Counted from the stretch's first letter, positions 1 to 10,445 are shown. The stretch is 36,963 nucleotides of DNA from Octopus bimaculoides (GCF_001194135.2 NC_068981.1:115123977-115160939); one strand, 5' to 3'. Made by a program: numbers and translations. Notes: a model not told the origin generated them from the letters alone.

Positions 1-330
1 AAATTTAAAGGTGTGGCCTTTTAGGGTGACCTTTATACTAGCTCCTAGTGCATGTGCGATCATTTTCTTTACCTGGTGGATATTAGTGGGGGTCCGTATG
101 GCTCTGGTCCATCCACTCCATCTCTCTATAGGGGTCTTCCTAGCCATAGAGGTAATTGTGGGTGGTCTACCTCTTAGACGTCTACTAGGGCAGAAATCTC
201 TAAGGTCGTATCTATCTAGATATACATCGTCATATGTCAATCTAAGTAGGAGGCCCAGTTCTTCTGTGTTGACTTTTTGGAACTCTACTTCGCTCTCATT
301 GATCATCTTTAAATTTAACAACAAATTATA
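1..330 (-). mobile_element. Penelope-like element (PLE) reverse transcriptase fragment, running off the left edge
   Basis: Stop-free minus frame from ATG 306: MINESEVEFQKVNTEELGLLLRLTYDDVYLDRYDLRDFCPSRRLRGRPPTITSMARKTPIERWSGWTRAIRTPTNIHQVKKMIAHALGASIKVTLKGHTFKF. Resembles the PLE RT segment just before the 'HxF/YxF...YxQxxG' motif. Not in the ORF track because it has no stop inside the window. Confidence 0.7.
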
Positions 331-640
331 CACACACAAAATTCATTCTGCCACTTATCATTCTGCCACTTTTGCTACACAGCTAACAACCTAAATTTTA
401 ACCATTGGACTACATACAAACGACTTCTGTCCACTCTCCCATCAGACAGATTAAATTTAGTCTGTCTTGATTATAACTAAACATATTTACTCAACCGTAT
501 CGGCCTTCTTTTTAGGCGCAAAATATACTATCACGTGGCACTAAGTTGTGGCACTAATGCACAACTTAGCGGGAAACGTACAAATGGTTATAAGCTTAAT
601 CATGTGTTCATTCTCTACAAACATTTAACAGAAAACATTC

Positions 641-647
641 ATACACA

Positions 648-685
<38 letters not shown>

Positions 686-688
686 TAC

Positions 689-764
<76 letters not shown>

Positions 765-783
765 NNNNNNNNNNATGTATGTA

Positions 784-816
<33 letters not shown>

Positions 817-829
817 GTATATGTATGTG

Positions 830-879
<50 letters not shown>

Positions 880-902
880 GATATATGTATATATATATAT
901 TT
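641..902. repeat. Compound microsatellite (CA)n/(GTAT)n/(TA)n/(TG)n with a 10-N gap
   Basis: Seen directly. Confidence 0.97.
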
Positions 903-904
903 TT

Positions 905-1133
905 ATTTGCGCCCTTTTAAAGCATAGCCAGACTCATGGACCCGGTTTCCCGGTTTCCCGGTTTCAATGGCGAATGTGTTCCGGACCTGGACGGGACGCC
1001 AGTCCATCGCAGCGTTACTCATTTTTGCCAGCTGAGTGGACTGGAGCAACGTGAAATGAAGTGTTTTGCTCAAGAACAGAACGTGTCGCGTCCGGTCCAG
1101 GAATCGAAACCACAATCTTACGATCATGATGCT
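905..1133 (-). mobile_element. tRNA-derived SINE, 5'-truncated; CORE-like centre
   Basis: Minus strand has a B-box-like GGTTTCGATTCC followed by 'gttcttgagcaaaacacttcatttcacgttgctccagtccac', closely matching the plus-strand copy at 17467-17815. The 3' tail is different. Confidence 0.85.
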
Positions 1134-1197
1134 GACATATAAGTATATATATATATATATATTTGTAACAATTTGTGACAATTATTCGGTAGCCATG

Positions 1198-1256
1198 ATA
1201 AAACTCCGAGTTTCGGATGCCGGGGCGGAAACCCACGCCGCCATCTCTTCAGTTAT
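1198..1256 (-). ncRNA. Type I hammerhead ribozyme-like motif, probably in a PLE pseudo-LTR remnant
   Basis: Minus: ATAA-CTGAAGA-GATG GCGG(cgtgggttt)CCGC cccgg CATC-C-GAAA-CTCGGAG-T-T-TTAT. Both core boxes, helix II, helix III ACTC-G-GAGT, a GUU triplet and 4-bp helix I (ATAA/TTAT) are in the right order. Confidence 0.6.
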
Positions 1257-1259
1257 ATA

Positions 1260-2164
1260 TAAGTATACACACATACAGACACACATAGGCACACACGCGC
1301 ATACACACACACGCACACGTACCTAACACTCACAATCCCACACACATCACAATCCCACACGCACACGCACGTCCACACACATACACACACACACGCACAC
1401 ACCCACATACACATACACACGCACACATACTCGCACACACACCTCTCACCAACACAACACAGACACGCATACAATCACACACACATGGACATAAATTACA
1501 CACGCACATCAGAAGTAAATGCACGCACACACACGTACACAGCAACGCACATATACACAACATACACATACACACAAACACATACGCTCGCACAAAAACA
1601 TACACATANNNNNNNNNNATACACACGCACCCCCCATCCACACATGCACACACACACACACCGGCACAAACGAACCTACATATACACACATGCAAACGAA
1701 CCCGCACATAACTCCTACACATACACAACACGCACTCACACACACACACCCCAGTATACATACACACACGCACGCACATCACACGCACACATACAAGGCA
1801 CATATACACACATGTAGAAGCGAACTCACTTACACACACATGCAATTGAACCTACACACAACTCCTACACACACACTCAGACACACACACCCAGGTGCAC
1901 ATACATGTACACACACGCAAATGAACCCTCACATAACTCACATACACACACAACAAACTGTGACACATACTACGCACATACACGCACACACACACACACA
2001 CACTCACACACACACGAAATCACCCACGTGCGATCCACAAAGCAAACCACACGCATATACACACACACGTACACACACATATATATATACACACATACAC
2101 ACACGTACACAAAAAATACAGGCACACACTGCTAGGAAATCACACCCACACAATACAAACACAC
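1260..2164. repeat. CA-rich low-complexity tract with an embedded imperfect repeat unit
   Basis: Degenerate (CA)n/(TACA)n. A motif like CACATGCAAAYGAACC..CACATAACTC recurs with GAACY cores at about 1672, 1698, 1822, 1848 and 1923. Confidence 0.9.
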
Positions 2165-2819
2165 NNNNNNNNNNNNNNNNNNNNNNNNNNNNNNNNNNNN
2201 NNNNNNNNNNNNNNNNNNNNNNNNNNNNNNNNNNNNNNNNNNNNNNNNNNNNNNNNNNNNNNNNNNNNNNNNNNNNNNNNNNNNNNNNNNNNNNNNNNNN
2301 NNNNNNNNNNNNNNNNNNNNNNNNNNNNNNNNNNNNNNNNNNNNNNNNNNNNNNNNNNNNNNNNNNNNNNNNNNNNNNNNNNNNNNNNNNNNNNNNNNNN
2401 NNNNNNNNNNNNNNNNNNNNNNNNNNNNNNNNNNNNNNNNNNNNNNNNNNNNNNNNNNNNNNNNNNNNNNNNNNNNNNNNNNNNNNNNNNNNNNNNNNNN
2501 NNNNNNNNNNNNNNNNNNNNNNNNNNNNNNNNNNNNNNNNNNNNNNNNNNNNNNNNNNNNNNNNNNNNNNNNNNNNNNNNNNNNNNNNNNNNNNNNNNNN
2601 NNNNNNNNNNNNNNNNNNNNNNNNNNNNNNNNNNNNNNNNNNNNNNNNNNNNNNNNNNNNNNNNNNNNNNNNNNNNNNNNNNNNNNNNNNNNNNNNNNNN
2701 NNNNNNNNNNNNNNNNNNNNNNNNNNNNNNNNNNNNNNNNNNNNNNNNNNNNNNNNNNNNNNNNNNNNNNNNNNNNNNNNNNNNNNNNNNNNNNNNNNNN
2801 NNNNNNNNNNNNNNNNNNN
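2165..2819. other. Assembly gap (N-run)
   Basis: Run of N. Other large gaps start near 10068, 15456, 25704, 29253 and 35238. Confidence 1.
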
Positions 2820-3094
2820 ACACACACGTACACACACATATATATATATACATACATATATATATATGTATATTATACTGAAATTGGTTTGAGGATGGTG
2901 ACCTCTTCAAGAAAAAAAAACATGTGTGGTGTGGTCAGCACTGAAAGTCTTTTGCTTCCTTTCTCTCTTTTCTTCCTTCTCCCTTCTTCCTTTTCCTTTT
3001 CTTCCTTGTGCCTTTTTTCCATCTTGCCTTCCTTTTTCCTCTTTGAGTTATATTTAGAATACGAATTGTACTGTCTCCGCTTTTCTTTCAAACA

Positions 3095-3440
3095 TTCAAT
3101 TTTGGAGAGAATTTCTTGATGAAATGTAGTTCCATTACTTTTCAGAATTGGGGATCGTCCCGTGCACATTTGTTAGAATGAAAAATTTTGAATTTTCGGT
3201 CGCTGCATATTTCCAGATGCTTACTTAATGGAATCTTGCGCAATTCCTCTTGTCGGAGATGTTACCTGTGGATTCTTGCACGTTGGCAGAGGGAAGTATT
3301 TGTTCCGTCACTGTAGTTTTCTTTGCAGTTTGGGCAGGTAATGCAGTATATAAGGTTTGCGCTTTGCAGCTCATATCTGCATTTATTTCGAAAAAGGGAT
3401 CTACTCTTGAATTTCATGTGGGAACCACTTTCTGAGTATT
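3095..3440 (-). mobile_element. PLE GIY-YIG endonuclease fragment (degenerate)
   Basis: Minus translation with one frameshift: SCKAQ/LIYCITCPNCKENYSDGTNTSLCQRARIHR*HLRQEELRKIPLSKHLEICSDRKFKIF...KVMELHFIKKFSPKLNV*. Matches the PLE 'LIYCITCxxC..YxGxT...R...H' pattern. Confidence 0.8.
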
Positions 3441-3453
3441 TAAAATTGTTGCT

Positions 3454-3488
3454 ATCTCTCTCTCTCTCTCTCTCTCCCTCTCTCTCTC

Positions 3489-3530
<42 letters not shown>

Positions 3531-3532
3531 AC
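3454..3532. repeat. (CT)n(CA)n microsatellite
   Basis: Seen directly. Confidence 0.97.
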
Positions 3533-4099
3533 ATTCGCACAAGTACATTAATGTAGACGTAATATACTCAATGTTGCATATTTTCCATGACACCTATTTC
3601 CTAAAAGAAGCGACTGGTGTGTGTAAGCATGCGTGATTCGGTCATGCACAAGTTAGTGTAAAAAGTACCACTTCATTAGTCAGTCCACAGTTATGTACTG
3701 CTGCGATTTTTCTGACATGATTACGTCTTTTCATTTATAAAAATTTTAAGGTGAAATCAAGTAATGCTAAAGCAATTGCTGACATAATGAAGTTAAAGGG
3801 GTTTGAGTAGAATATATATTGCGCCTAGCAAAAGAGGGTCAAAGCTGTAAAGCTATATAGTATTATAAAAAATAAATATATATATGTTACCATAGAAATT
3901 ACGTGCAATAAACCAAAAGTTAATAGCCTGTATAAGTAATAAGATATGAAGTAGTTTAGTGGGGTTTCTTGAGGAGTCGGGTGAAAATACGTAGTATGGA
4001 GATGTAAGCACACGTGTAAATGGAGAAAACAATAAGAAGTGGAAATCGAGTCAACTAAAAAAGGTAAGTGCCAGATAGCTCTATTTAGATCTATCAATC

Positions 4100-5370
4100 A
4101 GTTGGTGGTATAACTTCCCAGAATTTAAGTCGGTATTTTCGAAGTAGTGATGAGTACTATTTAGAATTTGAGTTATTTGCTTTCCATCGATGCAAATTTT
4201 TCACCTTTGTGTCGTTCATATAAGGTCTGCTTTGTTCGATGTTCTTTCTTTAATATCAAAGTAGGCGTTCTTTTGTTTTAAGTGCCGTGTATAGCTTTAC
4301 AATGTCATTGAGTTCTTTCCTACATATTAAATGATAACAATGCGAGGTGCTTGCAAAACATGCATGCGTAGTAAGGGGATATGTGCTCATGCCGCTATAT
4401 GTTTTTATTTAGCCAGCTGGAAACATAAACTGAATGACTGCGTGGAAGAAGCGTTGTTTGAATGTCTTCTGTCATGTCTATCTTTAATCTTTTATCTTTT
4501 ACTCGTTTCAGTGATTAGACTGCGGCCATGTTGGGACATCTTGAAGATTTTGTTAGTAGAATAAATTGACCCTAATACTTTTTTTAAAGCCTGGTACTTA
4601 CTCTATCGGTCTCTTTTGCTGAACTGCTAAGCGACGTGGACGTAAACATAACACTGAATGTCAAGCAGTGGCGGGAGACAAACACAGGCACACACACACA
4701 CGCACGCACGCAAACACGCACGTATGCATGTATGTGTATGTGTATGTGTTTTATATATTTGCATATATACATGCATACACGGTGAGCTTCTTTCAGTTTC
4801 CGTCTACCAAATCCACTCACAAAGCCCGAGGCTATAGTGGAAGACACTTTCCCAAGGTTCCACGTAGTGGAACTGAACCTGGAATTATGTGGTTGGGAAG
4901 CAAACTTCTTACCACACAGCCAAGCAAGTACCTTTCTATATTCTTACACTCTACCAACTAATTCGATTTGATAACTTCTTTTTCAACACTATCGATTCAG
5001 CATTACGAGACTGGTTGAACCGGCATGCGTTTCTGTTTCCTTTCGGACAGCATGACTTAGATGATTTTCTTGGCTTATGTGTAATAATATTTCGTATTAG
5101 GAATGCAATTATAGTTGATTTTTAAGCAATTCTTTCTAAAGAGTTTCTTCAGTCTGTGTATGTGTGAGGAGGTGAGATTGGAAAAATTTTATGAGGGCAA
5201 TGAAATTTTCGTCGATGCTTCGACTTGATGTTTAAGGAAAAGGAGTGTGTGTATCGTTTGATGTCACGGGATCTATTTCGGTTTCGAAAGCAAGAGGTTG
5301 GGTGTTGTAATAATTTCCTCGAATCCTTTGACTTCTAGTTTTATTTCGTCTCAGCTGTATCATCCCATTT
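4100..5370 (-). mobile_element. Degenerate PLE 3' region (RT C-terminus to GIY-YIG), interrupted by a SINE
   Basis: Minus-strand remnants such as RNRNRSRDI..SFSLNIKS, KKLFRKNCLKINYNCIPN and HLKQKNAYFDIK..IEQSRPYMND resemble PLE 'RNIIWFNPPFS..K.N', 'KISYSCMPN' and 'I.W.IIE.A.PY' motifs. Many stops and frameshifts. Confidence 0.6.
4495..4925 (-). mobile_element. tRNA-derived SINE (same family as 25265-25674)
   Basis: Reverse complement matches the 25265 copy: 'gctgtgtggtaagaagtttgcttcccaacc', 'aagtgtcttccactatagcctcgggc', 'gtgagtggatttggtagacggaaactgaaagaagc', internal (TG)n, and the 'cagtctaatcactgaaac' tail. Confidence 0.92.
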
Positions 5371-5555
5371 ACTTTTATGTAAATTTTTCAACCTTTTCTT
5401 TCATATCTGCCATTACACATTCGCTGTTCTCTATTATAACCACTTCTTACTGTCATCCCTGCCGTTACTTTAACGTTCACCATATAAAATGGTTCCTTTC
5501 CAATACGCAACTATAACAATGAAAGAAACCAAATCGTCTATAACTGTGGACTCAC

Positions 5556-5608
5556 TTGCCAATTACTTCTTTTGTGAAGTAGCTGTCAACACACTGTCCA
5601 CCGTCTGT
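5556..5608 (-). CDS. Candidate small exon of an unidentified minus-strand gene
   Basis: Acceptor ctgatttattccag, donor CAA|gtgagt. 53 nt; only frame 0 is open: TDGGQCVDSYFTKEVIG(K). Unspliced, it ends AAG-TGA. No family recognised. Confidence 0.3.
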
Positions 5609-6997
5609 CTGGAATAAATCAGATATGAAGCTTCAAATGGCAATATTCAAAGGTACAGTATGATAATATTAATACCTAGTCCCTACTCAACATTTATATC
5701 GAGTAATTTTATGATTCATATAAGTTCCTTAATAATATGTGCATGCAATGAATATACATATGCACATCTATATTATATAAAACATTCCTTGGAAAAGACA
5801 GTGTCCGCGATTTACTAAGCGTTTCCAGACAGCGATGTCAATGTAGTTGTTATTCAGCCGGAACTTTTGTAGGTCGATAATTTTTACAACGCCGCCCCTA
5901 AAAAAACGTGGGTGGTAGGGTGGTCCATGTAGGTTTCAGTTCTAGAAGGGAGCTATTTAGAGCAGTAGCTGAGGCGGCGATAAAACACATTAGTCATTGC
6001 GAAATATCAAAAGACTGGCGCATTGGTGGATTTGGTATGTAGTCTATCTTTAAATTCATCAAAACCGTTTTAGTCGCAGCAGAAGTAACAACGCATGTTT
6101 ATCACTTGCTGTATTGTATTAGCGTTTGAAAATTAATCGAACTGTCTTCTCGGTTCTTTATAGGTATTGCAGTTGTTGCGTTTCAGTGATGTGAGGCGTT
6201 TTCTACTTGCATTAAGCTGTGTACTGGATCAGTAATTGATCAGAGCTCAAGTAATTTCTGAACTTGAAGAGGAAGGTTAATCTTCAGGACGTAGTTTTTC
6301 AATATGACAGCAAATCGTCTGAGATTATAAAACTAATATTTGTAGTATCTCTAGGAATATATATATATATTGTTCATCCATAGGCTGTGTGTAGTAGACG
6401 TCTATCTGTTTGGTAACTGTGCACAGATTTTGTCTCTGTACTTGGTGGAGATGTGCTCGAGGTGCCGTTTGTTAGGAACAGTGAATGTCTAATGAGGGAC
6501 ATCTAGGTTGCGTGTGGATAACTCCACTGCACAGAAGACTGGAAAAATGAAAGGTGATATCAATTGCACAAAAGTCTGTGTGTGAATGGAATCATATCAA
6601 GCATATGATTAATTAAAATATAGAAGCAAGGAACCGGGATATATTACCGAGCCTAGAATTGATAGGATATAGTTAAGATAGAGAGAGAGAGAGAGAGATG
6701 TCAGCATACACTGTAATGGACCGGTTTGAAAGGAAACTTCTGACCCAAGGAATAAATAATGGATAAAGCCCAAAGGTGGTCAATTAAGACTTTCCCCAGA
6801 TTGGATACAGATTAAAGACTGGCTGAAGTTGAAGGAAATAATGTTTTCACAGAGCATTTTAGTGGTGAGAGAAGATTCCACTAGGTCTAACATTACGGAA
6901 AACTTATTGGTGGTCTTTGAAAGATGACTGAGTTAGAGTTTTGAGTTCAAAATTACACTAGAAACACAGGTGTTGATAAGAATACGTCAGTAATATA

Positions 6998-7221
6998 TTC
7001 ATTTCTTTATTGCCCACAGGGAGCTAAACATAGAGGGAATAAACAAGGACAGACAAAGGAATTAAGTCGATTACAGTGAGTAACTGGTACTTATTTAGTC
7101 GACCCTGAAAGGATGAAAGGCAAAGTCGACCTCGGCGGAATTTGAACTCAAAACGTAGCGGCAGGTGAAATACCGCTAAGCATTTCGCCCGGCGTGCCAA
7201 CGATTCTACCAACTCGCTGCC
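6998..7221 (-). mobile_element. tRNA-derived SINE, second family
   Basis: Minus: ggcagcgagttggtagaatcgttggcacgccgggcgaaatgcttagcggtatttc...gagttcaaattccgccgaggtcgactttgcctttcatcctttcagggtcgactaaataagtaccag. Has A/B-box-like head and shares its core with 36705-36812. Confidence 0.9.
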
Positions 7222-7801
7222 CTAGCATTAGTAATATATTGAAGATTAATTGAATCAGCTAAGTCTCTCTCACCAGTAAATGATCGGAGTCAGTTTGAAA
7301 GTCATTCGTTTAGGTATTCCTGATGTTATTTTAGTTTGAAACTTTGTTGTAGGACAGTTATGCTTTTAAAAATTTTTAAAAAGTAAATTGTAATTTTAAT
7401 TTGCTTTTTACAATTCTCTAAATCCTTTACTTCCTTATATCCCGCTCCTGATATTTTCAATCTGAAATCGGTCAACCGAAAATATTGATTGCATGTCATG
7501 GGATATATGTGATACACTTTATATTACGTTGGCGTTTTTAAGCATTTTATATTATATATACTGGCGCAGTGGTAAAAAAAAAAAAGAAGGTTAAATGGGT
7601 TCGGAGTTGAGTTTTTAAACTCAGCACAGAAATCTGACGAAACACTCATTCATTTTTTTCACAGAATCATTCACGATATTCATGATACCTGCTTGCAGCT
7701 TTGTACACTTGCTCATTGGAAATTAAGTGCCTTTAGTCTTTGCTACAGAGGCAGTGCCGGCAATAAGATGCCGCTAGTGGAATTCTGGGCTGATAATTCC
7801 A

Positions 7802-7844
7802 TCAGTGCCACTCAGTTTCTATGTTCTCATGCCAAACTTTTTCT
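7802..7844 (-). CDS. Candidate terminal coding exon (EKVWHENIETEWH*)
   Basis: Acceptor atattttgtcattag is preceded by a T-rich stretch of about 80 nt with no AG. Joined to 8203-8258 (phase 2) it reads ...MYLK-EKVWHENIETEWH-TGA. The alternative frame gives KKKFGMRT*. Confidence 0.4.
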
Positions 7845-8202
7845 CTAATGACAAAATATGTGCACACCGAATCAATGAAAAAGATGTAAGCAAGAAAATA
7901 AAATAATTTCGACGTTTATCCCATAACTTCTGAAAACTAAAATGTTCAATTTTGTGAACCATCTTGTTTATGTAAACGAGTGCACAACTTACAAATCATG
8001 TACAGTTTTGTGCATAGTTTAACTATTTTTATGCATAGCATAAAGTGCATATTGGTTACAGAATATTATATCTTCTACAAATGTTTAAAATTTGATTTAT
8101 TCTGACACATTCCGTGAAAAATCATATAGGCAAGTTTCTATCGGCGTCCCAGTCCGTATATTAGTCCCTATGTATTAGACCCTTTATCTAATTCTTTCTT
8201 AC

Positions 8203-8258
8203 TTGAGATACATCCCAACCTCTTTCTCTTTGATCGCATGCTCCGTGAAATATTTAAT
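8203..8258 (-). CDS. Candidate internal exon of an unidentified minus-strand gene
   Basis: Acceptor aattcttccgaatcctttcag, donor CAA|gtaaga. 56 nt with two open frames: IKYFTEHAIKEKEVGMYL(K) or LNISRSMRSKRKRLGCIS. Confidence 0.45.
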
Positions 8259-8958
8259 CTGAAAGGATTCGGAAGAATTACACGTTCAGTGACAAAATGA
8301 AATTATAACATGGCACATTCACTCATAAAAAAAATCAAACTGAATTACATGGCACAATATCTTACTAAAATTTCGAATCAAGTTCATATCTCAAACTTAG
8401 ATTTTTGCCTTATTTCCACATTAAGTGCATCACATTAGTTTTAACATTTTGAAATTAGAAGCTCGATAAAATCTCTGTATCGACGATCCGATAGAAGCAA
8501 AAGACAGCAGAAAAAGAAAAGTGAATCGACATTCTTTTCTAAAAAAACCGAAACTAAATATTGACCTTCACAATCGTAGGGTAACCATCACACAGACGAG
8601 TGTTTCAGTACGCGAGTTAACAGAGTAATCTGCTCGTTAGTAAGGAGAGGAAGAACAAAATTCCTGTCTGACTGCTGAAAAAAAAACAAAAAAAAAAACG
8701 GTTAACATTCACAGATTATTTTAAAATTCCATCATTTTCTGTATTGAAAAAATTAAACTTTCACTTTACTGATATCTTTGTTACGCAATAATGTCAAGAT
8801 TTTAAAATCTGGTTGATTGATGGCATGTATTGCTAGGCTTACGTTATGAAATAATAAGCCCAAATACGTTCCTGCTATTCACAACAAAACACAGTTCTCT
8901 ACTTTTGTTTTTTGTTTCAGGAACGTGTGCTGTACACATGCGCCTGCACGCACGCAAG

Positions 8959-8962
<4 letters not shown>

Positions 8963-9044
<82 letters not shown>
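8963..9044. repeat. (CA)41 microsatellite
   Basis: Seen directly. Confidence 0.98.
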
Positions 9045-9045
<1 letters not shown>

Positions 9046-9422
9046 CACATTTGGCCATCTGGATAAGTTTTCAGACAACTACAGGAGAGGTCGGCTGTCC
9101 AATGAATGCTGCAAGGTAGGAGAAACTAGTTGTCCAGCTGCAGCACTGTAACATTAACAATTGCTTTAATATCTGGAGTTCAGCTCCAGTATTCAGTTTT
9201 AGGTAAAAGTTGCTGTCTCCTTTATTACGTTGATTACTGAGCATGTTATTCCTATGCAGGCATCCACAACTACATTGGCATCTTCTTCAGTGATATGGTA
9301 TAACACGTCATAATAAACACCCAATCACGTAGCCGTGTATGAAACGCTCTGTTGTTGTATCCTTCAGTAAGTCGTTGGCTTACACGAAAACCCTTAACTT
9401 TCTCTAAGGCAAGTTAGTAATA

Positions 9423-9424
<2 letters not shown>

Positions 9425-9473
<49 letters not shown>

Positions 9474-9570
9474 GTATTTCAATTGTGTATGTTTGTTATA
9501 TATGTATGCATGCATATGTGCGTATGAGTGCATGCGTGCGCATTTATGTGTGTGTATGTGTATGCGTGTG
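9425..9570. repeat. (TG)22 followed by degenerate TG-rich repeat
   Basis: Seen directly. Confidence 0.95.
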
Positions 9571-9877
9571 TGTGAGAGAGTCATTTCTTCATATTTGGCG
9601 GGATTGCAAGTTTGAATTTGAACTTAAGGAATAAGATGCTTAGAATATTACGTATTTTTTACATGCCTATTACGAAGTCCTTTACATTTCTATTCAGTGG
9701 TAATCATATATAGCACCATTTCATTCTTTTTAGAAATCAACTGTATGACATAACCTGAGGAATATATAAATTAAACTTTTTATGAAGCGAGATACTTCTT
9801 ATAGATGGAAGATGATAGCAAGTCTGGATGAAATTCATGGAATATGTTTTAGCATCTATCTATCTATCTATCTTTTT

Positions 9878-10067
9878 TGATTCAGTCATTAGACTGCAGA
9901 ATGAAGAATTTTAATCAAACTAATCGACTCCCAGAACTTATTTTCTTTTTAAGCCAGGCACTTATTTTATCGGCCAGTTTTGTCGAATCGTTAAGTTACG
10001 GAGACGTAAGCACATCAACACCGGTCGTCAATCGGTAGTGGGGAGCAAACACACACACACACACACA
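9878..10067 (-). mobile_element. SINE 3' half (25265 family), cut by a gap
   Basis: 'cagtcattagactgc...gtcgaatcgttaagttacggagacgtaagcacatcaacaccggtcgtcaatcggtagtggggagcaaac' matches the reverse complement of the family tail. Confidence 0.8.
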
Positions 10068-10411
10068 NNNNNNNNNNNNNNNNNNNNNNNNNNNNNNNNN
10101 NNNNNNNNNNNNNNNNNNNNNNNNNNNNNNNNNNNNNNNNNNNNNNNNNNNNNNNNNNNNNNNNNNNNNNNNNNNNNNNNNNNNNNNNNNNNNNNNNNNN
10201 NNNNNNNNNNNNNNNNNNNNNNNNNNNNNNNNNNNNNNNNNNNNNNNNNNNNNNNNNNNNNNNNNNNNNNNNNNNNNNNNNNNNNNNNNNNNNNNNNNNN
10301 NNNNNNNNNNNNNNNNNNNNNNNNNNNNNNNNNNNNNNNNNNNNNNNNNNNNNNNNNNNNNNNNNNNNNNNNNNNNNNNNNNNNNNNNNNNNNNNNNNNN
10401 NNNNNNNNNNN

Positions 10412-10445
<34 letters not shown>

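Noticed and set aside
11-394. Plus-strand 127-aa ORF from the track
   Set aside because: It is the antisense shadow of the minus-strand PLE RT frame.
535-2910. Long ORFs rich in TH/CV/YI dipeptides or X (also near 10015, 25613, 29127, 30037, 35037)
   Set aside because: They are stop-free only because they cross dinucleotide repeats or N-gaps.
5451-5510. 60-nt minus candidate exon LRIGKEPFYMVNVKVTAGMT with good AG/GT
   Set aside because: The intron from 5556 would be only 45 nt, the phases do not match that frame, and it adjoins PLE-like sequence. Probably chance.
5800-6950. Possible further PLE RT/pLTR remnants, including CTGAAGA...GAAAT near 6260-6290 (minus)
   Set aside because: Too degraded to read consistent motifs, and the helices of the hammerhead-like string do not close.
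7600-7735. SECIS element downstream of the 7802 UGA
   Set aside because: Several ATGA...AA...GA strings exist but none gives the required 11-14 bp helix II by eye. A SECIS further downstream is not excluded.
7760-7812. miR-183/263-family precursor
   Set aside because: The hairpin is too short for two 22-nt arms plus a loop, and the seed would be GUGGCAC rather than AUGGCAC/UUGGCAC.
9080-9150. Insulin/relaxin A-chain reading of RR-GRLSNECCKVG
   Set aside because: The required CCxxxC(x8)C spacing is absent (CCKVGETSCPAAAL*), and no B chain or signal peptide is visible.
9384-9403. 20-nt minus microexon (EKVKGFR) with a CTAAC branch point
   Set aside because: Too short to distinguish from chance, and it lies in a possible old LINE remnant.
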